Assembly (NCBI GenBank): GCA_015231265.1
Contig: JADGBX010000002.1
Location: 4,174 to 68,173 of the forward strand
DNA: 64,000 nt
Direction: 5' to 3'
Source: Magnetococcales bacterium
GTDB taxonomy: Bacteria; Pseudomonadota; Magnetococcia; Magnetococcales; JADGBX01
Shown here one piece after another: positions 46,040 through 53,036 of the stretch. The notes beneath the pieces are model-generated. The model worked only from the letters and a program-made list of their open reading frames with translations, searched no databases and was not told where the DNA came from. The number at the start of each line of letters is the position of its first letter. Positions within the stretch are counted from its first letter, which is position 1. The position numbers and the translations under genes were made by a program.

Positions 46040-48618
46040 ACCAGCACGCATCCATGAAGGGCTTCGGCATGCTGGGGGCGATGGGTGCCCTGTTGGCCCT
46101 GGGCGGAGCCGTTGCGATCGCCATCAACATGATGCCCGGTGAGCAGGAGCGGGAGTCGGTGGATGAGACACAGAAGATCATCCCCAGAATCAGCGATATG
46201 CTGACCGACTTCGCGGCCTCCCACAACCGTCTCCCCTGCCCTGACTTCAATGGCAATGGTGTCGAAGGAGATGCAAACGGCGACTGCACCACCTCTAAAC
46301 AGGTGGGCACGATACCGTGGCGAGCACTCCGCCTCTCGGGCCAAGTGGTGGATGGCATGGGCGTACCGATCCGCTATGCCGTCTTTCGAGACACTACCGG
46401 CGTCGATCTGACCGTCGCGAGCAACAGCTACACCCCACCTTTTCCCACCCTGAAGGATGCTGCCAGTATCTTCACCTTCAATCCACTGGCTTCAGTCGTT
46501 CACAACGATCTGGTGGGCAACTCAACACTGTCGGTTTTTGGCCAAGCTGTCGATTCACTAAAATCGGCCATTCCGGGGGGCGATCTCGTTCTACCCGGCA
46601 ACTTTGCCCAATCCTTTTCCCTGGCGGGACTTCTAAGCAAACCGGACTGTGACCCAGATATTCGCTCTCCACTCAAATGCCTGGAAGAAAACCCGGATAG
46701 TCTGGTCTCGAAGATGAACAGCGGCTCCTCCGCTGTCAATCTCTACGACTTCTGCTACAACCTGGAGCAGGCACAGGAGGTGAATTCCGGTAGTGTGCTC
46801 TCCATTACCAATTCCAAAGAAGCGGCCTTGGCCTACAAAGCCGCTTACGATGCCGAATATGACAGGATCAAGCAGCAGAACCCCACCCTCTCAACAGCCC
46901 TCATCACCAAAGCGGCCAAAGAGGCGGGTGAAGCCGCTGCACGTGCCGTGGGCAGCAGACATCCAGCTTATCTGCTCGTCAGCGGCAACAGGATAGATGC
47001 TGATCAGGATGATGTTGACGGTGCTTTTGACGGTCTGAATGAAGGGACGGATCCCCGATTCGATGATCCGTTCAGGGGCCGCAGTGCAAGCTATGATGAT
47101 GTTCTCATGGCGATGCCTTTGGATAAATTGGAGGTTAATCTCGGCTGCCGTGCGTTCAGAACTGCTGTCGATGGATTGGTTCGGCTCACCCAAGACATGA
47201 CCGGAGCCGTTGCCGGTGCTCAGAAGTCCGACATGGATGCCACCTTTGCCTTGGTTCAAGGGTACTACGGCGTTTTGACGGCAGGATTCGACCTTTTAAG
47301 CCTTGGCACCTGTTCAGGTTCCCAGGCTCAGACCGCTGGGATGTGCGCGCCCAATTTCCCTGCCGGAACTGCCGGTGCCATTGCCTGTTCAATCGCATCC
47401 GGTGTCTGCATTGCGTGTGGCGTTGTGGTAATTCCCAATTTCGTCGCAGCCACTCTCTCTGCTGTTACTTCCTATCGCAACAAAGTCGCCTCCAGTGAGA
47501 CCGTAGACAGCGCCGTTCTGCTTCTGGATGAGATGATGGATGCCTCTTGGGGTATCGAGAATTACGGTGCGCTCTACCCCTTCCCCGTCAAACCGATCAC
47601 CAACTACGGTGGATTGGTGATGGGTGAAATCGACCAGGCCACTGTGGATGCCGCTCAAGTCCAGGCGGACCAACAGATGGAGGAGATGGAAGAGCAGAGG
47701 CAAGCGCAGATGGCAGCTTCAAACGCTGAGATCCTGGCAAGTCTGGCAGAGGTCCGAGCGCAGGCAGAAACCGACAAGCAGTATCTGAACGACATGGAAA
47801 CAACCATTACGGCTGCACTCACCGCACGCGGCATGACGAAGGATACGCTGACAACGGAGCGGTTTCCTCTCCCCGATATGTTTGTCACCGATGGCGATGG
47901 CAATATGATCTTGGTTGCACCCGCCTTTTCCCTCTCTTCCGATGATCTCTCTGGTCTGAGCAGAGCGCTCGATCTTGATGAAGAGATGAGAGATGCCGCT
48001 CTCTCACCGGGACTCCGTGCCAGAATTAGTATTGAACTGGGCGATTTCAGCTCCGATCCGGAGATCACCGGCAATCCAGATCCCTCCCTTCTTGCCAGTT
48101 ACCGCTACATTCCCCAGGCTCCTCGAGGACCGTATGAAGGGGATTACTATGATGCTCTGATTCCTCCGGTGATCACCGAGGAGGTTGCAGAGAAGGCCAG
48201 GAAGAATCTGCACTATATCCGTGATGAGATCATGGATGGACAAGAGCCCCCGATGACTGACAAACAGAAAGAAGAAAAGGAAGCCACAGAGAGTGCCATG
48301 AATGATCAAGAGGCTGCGGCGGCCGATGTTGATCTCGACGATCCCAACCTCCCCGACGACGCCAAGGCGATGATGGCCGAAAACAGTGCCTCCCTTCAGG
48401 ATGCACGAACCATGGAAGCCGAAGAAAAAGAGCTGAAACGCAGTGAAACCAGACAACTACAGCAACTTGTTGCCTTTGATGACATTGTCGAGGCAAAAAC
48501 TATCAAAGAGCTTCTGACCGAGATCGAAGAGGGGGTGATTGCACAGGATGCTCTGATTGTCGAACTCGACTGCGCAAAAGGAGAGATTGAAGGCTCCCCT
48601 GACCCCTCTTGTCCATGA
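46036..48618 (+). CDS. large pilin-like protein, RLPCP-family paralog 4 (core + helical/hydrophobic module + ~370-aa acidic coiled-coil tail)
   Basis: 860 aa with an ATGA overlap. Leader MNQHASMKG|FGMLGAMGALLALGG (no Glu5). Motifs: NRLPCPD, PIRYAVFRD, DADQDDVDGAFDGLN, YDDVLMA. It has a strongly hydrophobic Cys/Gly/Ala segment at aa ~444-478. Confidence 0.8.
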   Translation: MNQHASMKGFGMLGAMGALLALGGAVAIAINMMPGEQERESVDETQKIIPRISDMLTDFAASHNRLPCPDFNGNGVEGDANGDCTTSKQVGTIPWRALRLSGQVVDGMGVPIRYAVFRDTTGVDLTVASNSYTPPFPTLKDAASIFTFNPLASVVHNDLVGNSTLSVFGQAVDSLKSAIPGGDLVLPGNFAQSFSLAGLLSKPDCDPDIRSPLKCLEENPDSLVSKMNSGSSAVNLYDFCYNLEQAQEVNSGSVLSITNSKEAALAYKAAYDAEYDRIKQQNPTLSTALITKAAKEAGEAAARAVGSRHPAYLLVSGNRIDADQDDVDGAFDGLNEGTDPRFDDPFRGRSASYDDVLMAMPLDKLEVNLGCRAFRTAVDGLVRLTQDMTGAVAGAQKSDMDATFALVQGYYGVLTAGFDLLSLGTCSGSQAQTAGMCAPNFPAGTAGAIACSIASGVCIACGVVVIPNFVAATLSAVTSYRNKVASSETVDSAVLLLDEMMDASWGIENYGALYPFPVKPITNYGGLVMGEIDQATVDAAQVQADQQMEEMEEQRQAQMAASNAEILASLAEVRAQAETDKQYLNDMETTITAALTARGMTKDTLTTERFPLPDMFVTDGDGNMILVAPAFSLSSDDLSGLSRALDLDEEMRDAALSPGLRARISIELGDFSSDPEITGNPDPSLLASYRYIPQAPRGPYEGDYYDALIPPVITEEVAEKARKNLHYIRDEIMDGQEPPMTDKQKEEKEATESAMNDQEAAAADVDLDDPNLPDDAKAMMAENSASLQDARTMEAEEKELKRSETRQLQQLVAFDDIVEAKTIKELLTEIEEGVIAQDALIVELDCAKGEIEGSPDPSCP

Positions 48619-48619
48619 A

Positions 48620-48649
48620 GCAGTTCCGTATTTGAGAACCGCTTTTTTT
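48620..48649 (+). terminator. candidate intrinsic terminator of the pilin operon
   Basis: GCAGTTC-(9 nt)-GAACCGC (6 of 7 pairs) followed by TTTTTTT. It starts 2 nt after the stop codon. Confidence 0.5.
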
Positions 48650-48746
48650 CTCATGATTTACCTTGGATACGCGACATGCTTGGCTGGCCTTTCGGCCCAG
48701 TCAGCGATCTTTCGTCGAGCAACCGAGACAGAAGAAAGACAGTAAT

Positions 48747-49556
48747 TCACTCATCACGTCTGATAAGTCGCTCTTGGATCCGACCGATAAACTCAAAGCG
48801 AACATCATCCATTGCTTTGCCAAATGGATCCTCAATCATCTCCTGTATGGTAACCAGAACCACCACCATAAAGGTGAGCAAGAATGCTGTAATGACTCCA
48901 AACCACTCCATATCAGCGAACTCAGGCGACATGATGATCACCGTGACTAACAGCGCATAGTAAACAAAGCGTCGAAGTGTTACAGGAGTTGTGTGCTCCT
49001 TAATCGATATAAGACGCTCCATGGACATTCGCATCCGTTGGTGCCACTGCATGACGCATGCTAACTCCGGATCTTTGAGACCATGCTGTTTCAATGTGAA
49101 GATAGTTTGAAGCTGGTTCTGAAAGAAGCGATCGGTTATGAGAAGAGTCTCCAGCTTAATGGTCGATTTCTGTTCACTCAGAACACTCTGAAGCATCGGA
49201 AAGAAAGTGCGCAGATCGTCCATAACCACCGGCAGAATCCGGTCAGGGAGAATGCGCTGGTAGACATCAGCCAAACTCATAACATTTGATTTGAGTTCGG
49301 AAATCTCATCAAAAGCTTCGAATCGACGCCGGTTGGCTGTTCCAATGGTAATGGCGAAGGTAAAGAAGATCCCTCCGAATGCGACATTACCGGCAATACC
49401 CATCTCAAAAACAAAATCGTAGGCAAGGCAGCACCATGTCGTAAAGGCTGAAATAGTCGGAATATAGAGAAATTTTGAATTCAAAAGGAATTTCATGAAG
49501 ATGCCACAGAGCCGCTTAATTCCAAGTGACTCCTCATGAGTCCCCTGTCGTGTCAA
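48747..49556 (-). CDS. bestrophin-like (UPF0187/YneE family) membrane channel protein
   Basis: 269 aa from a TTG preceded by GAAGG. It has hydrophobic helices plus a C-proximal IEDPFGKAMDDVRFEFI motif resembling the bestrophin-family EEPFG...D signature. Confidence 0.55.
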   Translation of the reverse strand: MTRQGTHEESLGIKRLCGIFMKFLLNSKFLYIPTISAFTTWCCLAYDFVFEMGIAGNVAFGGIFFTFAITIGTANRRRFEAFDEISELKSNVMSLADVYQRILPDRILPVVMDDLRTFFPMLQSVLSEQKSTIKLETLLITDRFFQNQLQTIFTLKQHGLKDPELACVMQWHQRMRMSMERLISIKEHTTPVTLRRFVYYALLVTVIIMSPEFADMEWFGVITAFLLTFMVVVLVTIQEMIEDPFGKAMDDVRFEFIGRIQERLIRRDE

Positions 49557-49720
49557 AACAGCCTTCGATAATCACACTACACTGCTCTCGAAGACACTCA
49601 AAATTCAGAATAGTGCTGTCATTTCATCGAGTTATCCCATTTTCACAACACTTACTCATACGTATATAACCTCCAGCAACACCGTAGCATGTCATGCCCG
49701 ATGGGTTCCTATGCTGGCAC

Positions 49721-49749
49721 AAAAAAAAGACCGCCATTTCTGGCGGTCT
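49721..49749 (-). terminator. intrinsic terminator downstream of tRNA-Leu
   Basis: On the minus strand: AGACCGCCA-GAAA-TGGCGGTCT followed by an 8-U run (the A-run at 49721-49728 on the plus strand). Confidence 0.75.
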
Positions 49750-49778
49750 ATCTTCAATCGATTTTCGTAATATGTAAA

Positions 49779-49865
49779 TGGTGCCCAGGAGAAGACTCGA
49801 ACTTCCACGACCTAGTGGTCACTAGAACCTGAATCTAGCGCGTCTACCAATTCCGCCACCTGGGC
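49779..49865 (-). tRNA. tRNA-Leu (anticodon CAG), encoded CCA end
   Basis: 87 nt: GCCCAGGTGGCGGAATTGGTAGACGCGCTAGATTCAGGTTCTAG...GGAAGTTCGAGTCTTCTCCTGGGCACCA. It has acceptor and T arms, a long variable arm and a CUAGA/UUCAGGU/UCUAG anticodon arm. It closely resembles E. coli tRNA-Leu(CAG). Confidence 0.95.
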
Positions 49866-49939
49866 TCAAAGTAGGGACGAGTATAGTCTGCGGGCTGTCG
49901 ATGTCAAGGTAGTCGTGACAAGAAAAACGATTCAGAGTC

Positions 49940-50509
49940 TCAGTTCACGCTTCCAGGTAGAACATCAACCAATTGGGCGGGATCGATCCCCATGGATCGA
50001 ATAGCTGCATCCCACCGTTTTTCCAACGGAACATCGAACAGAATCGTCCGTTGAAACTCGGTGACAAGCCAAACGTTCTCCCTGAGCTCTCCCTCCAATT
50101 GCAGAGGAGACCAACCGGCATATCCCAGGATAAATAGAAAACGCCCTCTGCCCACACCGGTGGTCAATTTCTGGAGAAGCTCGGGACTGGTTCCCATAAA
50201 GAGATCGTGCGTGACTGGAAGGATGCCATCCATATCGATATCGTCGGGAAGATGCTCGAACAGAACGAATCCCCGTTCCGGCGAGATGGGCCCGCCCTGT
50301 AGTATCGCCTCTCTCTCCCTGGGGTGCCACTCGACGCCCAACTGATCGGAGATCTCCTGCATGGTAACCGTATGTTTCTGATTGATCACCAGAGCCAGTG
50401 CACCTTCCTCGGAGTGGGCACACATGAGAAGCACGGTGCGCTCGAAATTCGGATCCTCCAGATTCGGCATCGAGATAAGGAGTTTACCGACAAGGCTCTG
50501 TTGCGACAT
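49940..50509 (-). CDS. YqgE/AlgH family protein (UPF0301)
   Basis: The ORF runs to 50548 (TTG). The ATG at 50509 gives MSQQSLVGKLLISMPNLEDPNFERTVLLMCAHSEEGALALVIN, which aligns with the YqgE N-terminus. Confidence 0.8.
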   Translation of the reverse strand: MSQQSLVGKLLISMPNLEDPNFERTVLLMCAHSEEGALALVINQKHTVTMQEISDQLGVEWHPREREAILQGGPISPERGFVLFEHLPDDIDMDGILPVTHDLFMGTSPELLQKLTTGVGRGRFLFILGYAGWSPLQLEGELRENVWLVTEFQRTILFDVPLEKRWDAAIRSMGIDPAQLVDVLPGSVN

Positions 50510-50658
50510 GGATGAATACCCCGTAGTCGATGTCGGAAAGCGTGGCAAAGCGTGGCAGAGATATCCTTCCAGACGTTACCACTGCGTAAGATCATACCAT
50601 ACAGCACTAAGCGGGCATACGATCCGTTAACCATCTCACCATGATGGCCCTCGGAGAA

Positions 50659-52050
50659 TCACCCTTTCAGAACCTCCTGCAAACGTTTGTGGATACTGTC
50701 AAACCCGCCATTACTCATCACAACCACATGATCACCGGATCGGGACTCTTCATTGAGGATGGCAATCGCCTGAGTTGCATCATCAACGACGCGCGCCATA
50801 CCCGGCTTTTTCGCATTGAGCGTTGAGACCACCTGCTCCACATCCAGCAACTCCTCAGCAGAGAGACCACGGGCCGCCGGTCGGGCCAGAAGAACACGAT
50901 CAGCATCTCTGAGAGCCGTAGGAAGACGATCCTGGTGAATCCGGCGACGCATGGTATTGGAACGGGGTTCAACCACTGCCCAGACCGCCCCCTCTTCGCC
51001 AAGAGCCGCTTGCATTCCGGTCAGTGTGGTGGTGATGGCCGTGGGATGGTGGGCAAAATCGTCGTAGACCGTAACCCCACGCTCCTCGAACCGCCACTGC
51101 AACCGCCGTTGCACCCCGGCGAAGGACTCCAGACCCGCTTTTACCGTCTCAGGTGGCATACCGTGGATCAGTGCCGCTGCTGCCGCTGCCAATCCATTGA
51201 GCACATTGTGTTCACCAAGCAGCTTCCACGAGACTTGAAACTGCGCCTCTCCATCCATGAAGAGCGTCCAGTTCCGTCCATCCCGTCCGGCCATCTCGGC
51301 CCGGAATCGCACGTCGGATCCAAAACCGTAGGTGGAGAGCGTTCCGAAACTGTTTTCCGCCAACGTCATGATCTCAGGATCGTCACCGTTGGCCAGAACA
51401 TGGCCGCTCCCCGGGACCAGCTTCATTAATACTCGAAACTGCACCCGAATCGCCTCCAGATCAGGGTAGATATCGGCATGGTCATACTCAAGATTGTGCA
51501 GAATCAGAGTTTTTGGGTAGTAGTGCAGAAACTTGGAACGTTTATCAAAAAAGGCAGTATCGTACTCATCCCCTTCCAGAACCACCCATTCACGGGCGGG
51601 AAAACGCACGCCTTGATTGAAGTTGGCGGGAATGCCTCCGATCAGAAAACCCGGTTGCCAGCCTCCATGTTCCCAGAGCCAGGCGGTCATGCTGCTCGTG
51701 GTAGTCTTGCCATGGGTCCCAGCAACGACGACGGGATGACGCCCCTCCAGCATGTGACGGTGAATCCACTCAGCCCCTGAACGAAACGGCAATCCTCGAT
51801 CCAGAAGCGCTTCCAGTTCCGGATTCCCCCGAGAGATGGTATTGCCCACCACCACGAGATCCGGTATCGGCTCCAGATTATCAGGGGAGTAACCATCGCA
51901 AACATCGATCCCACGTTCCGCAAGGAAAAGACTCATGGGTGGGTAAACACCGCTATCGGAACCGGTCACGCGCCAGCCGGCATCTTGAGCCAGAGCAGCG
52001 ATACCAGCCATAGCGGTTCCGCAGATTCCAATGATGTGGAGATGTTGCAT
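50659..52050 (-). CDS. mpl: UDP-N-acetylmuramate:L-alanyl-gamma-D-glutamyl-meso-diaminopimelate ligase
   Basis: The ATG at 52050 gives MQHLHIIGICGTAMAGIAALAQDAGWRVTGSDSGVYPPMS, a close match to the Mpl N-terminus. Mur-ligase P-loop VAGTHGKTTT. Confidence 0.9.
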   Translation of the reverse strand: MQHLHIIGICGTAMAGIAALAQDAGWRVTGSDSGVYPPMSLFLAERGIDVCDGYSPDNLEPIPDLVVVGNTISRGNPELEALLDRGLPFRSGAEWIHRHMLEGRHPVVVAGTHGKTTTSSMTAWLWEHGGWQPGFLIGGIPANFNQGVRFPAREWVVLEGDEYDTAFFDKRSKFLHYYPKTLILHNLEYDHADIYPDLEAIRVQFRVLMKLVPGSGHVLANGDDPEIMTLAENSFGTLSTYGFGSDVRFRAEMAGRDGRNWTLFMDGEAQFQVSWKLLGEHNVLNGLAAAAAALIHGMPPETVKAGLESFAGVQRRLQWRFEERGVTVYDDFAHHPTAITTTLTGMQAALGEEGAVWAVVEPRSNTMRRRIHQDRLPTALRDADRVLLARPAARGLSAEELLDVEQVVSTLNAKKPGMARVVDDATQAIAILNEESRSGDHVVVMSNGGFDSIHKRLQEVLKG

Positions 52051-52111
52051 GACTGTTTCCTGCTGAATGTCCGGAAGAACCGAGTGAAAGGGGTGTAAAG
52101 ACACGCCCTAC

Positions 52112-52696
52112 TTAAGGCAGGGCGATCAGAGGTCGATTCCAGACGATAGGCGGCCCCATCTCCTGGTACACGGTCTCAGCGAGCACACTGTGAAAATGGT
52201 CCCAGTCGAACCCTGGTCCGGGATCCCACTTGCGCTCCGGTGCAATGTGCTGATGACCCGTGATCTGCGCCGCACTGCGAAGAGAGGGCAGACGCTGCTG
52301 CATCTGCCGGAATAAGAGCGCTAAACGCTGATACTGGATGGGCTCGAACGGCGTCTTTTCATCTCCCTCCAGCTCAATGCCCACGGAAAAATCGTTACAA
52401 CGCTCCCTGCCCTGCCACTGGCTGACACCCGCATGCCAGGCACGGTACATCACCGGCACGTATTGGGTAATCTCCCCATGACGATCGATCAGAAAGTGGG
52501 CTGAGACCCGCAACCCCTCGATCTCGGCAAAAAAGGGATCGGCCGCTGCATCCAGTTTGCCGAGAAAGAGATCGTCAATGTACGAACCACCGAACCGATG
52601 GGGCGGCAAGCTGATGGCGTGGACCACCAGCAGTGAAATCTCCATCCCAACAGGTCGGGCGTCACAGTGAGGAGAGGGAAGGTAGCGAAACAGCAT
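52112..52696 (-). CDS. ampD: 1,6-anhydro-N-acetylmuramyl-L-alanine amidase
   Basis: The ORF runs to 52708 (GTG), with an ATG at 52696. ...PSPHCDARP...LLVVHAISLPP...HFLIDRHGEITQYV...RAWHAGVSQW matches AmpD/amidase_2. Confidence 0.85.
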   Translation of the reverse strand: MLFRYLPSPHCDARPVGMEISLLVVHAISLPPHRFGGSYIDDLFLGKLDAAADPFFAEIEGLRVSAHFLIDRHGEITQYVPVMYRAWHAGVSQWQGRERCNDFSVGIELEGDEKTPFEPIQYQRLALLFRQMQQRLPSLRSAAQITGHQHIAPERKWDPGPGFDWDHFHSVLAETVYQEMGPPIVWNRPLIALP

Positions 52697-52718
52697 CGTT
52701 CCGTTCACGAATAGAACG

Positions 52719-52943
52719 TCAGGGTGCCTGCTCGACCGATTTGATTTCGGGAATGCGCTCTTTCATTACCCGCTCGATACCGCCCTTCAAAGTCATGATT
52801 GCGCTGGGACAGGTACCACAGGCGCCACGAAGACGCACATAGACGATGTTGTCATCGGTCACATCAACCAGTTCCACATCACCACCATCCCGTTGCAGGT
52901 AGGGACGCACTTCATTCAGAACTTCCTGTACTTTCTCTTTCAT
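52719..52943 (-). CDS. NifU-like (Nfu C-terminal domain) Fe-S cluster protein
   Basis: The ATG at 52943 gives [26 protein letters not shown]...[10 protein letters not shown] (CxxC). The longer ORF-track start would run into a repeat fragment. Confidence 0.8.
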   Translation of the reverse strand: MKEKVQEVLNEVRPYLQRDGGDVELVDVTDDNIVYVRLRGACGTCPSAIMTLKGGIERVMKERIPEIKSVEQAP

Positions 52944-52984
52944 GAGAACAACTCCATGAACAATCGATAGTGAATGGTTTAGAG

Positions 52985-53018
52985 AGCGCGGTTTCGGGCT
53001 CATTGAGGACACGCCCTA
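52985..53018 (+). repeat. solo right-end fragment (34 bp) of the 186-bp element
   Basis: AGCGCGGTTTCGGGCTCATTGAGGACACGCCCTA matches the right end of copies A and C. It is intergenic between nfu-like and tolC. Confidence 0.75.
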
Positions 53019-53036
53019 GATTCCCTTGAAAAGGCT

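Noticed and set aside
48684-48701. Second hairpin (GCTGGCC-TTTC-GGCCCAGC, with a bulge) between the pilin operon and the bestrophin-like gene
   Set aside because: The stem is imperfect and has no flanking U/A run. The hairpin plus T7 at 48620-48649 is a better terminator candidate.
48747-49939. Integrase or prophage remnants next to tRNA-Leu
   Set aside because: I looked for recombinase-like ORFs and a duplicated tRNA 3' end within the window and saw none. The island-boundary idea therefore stays a low-confidence inference.
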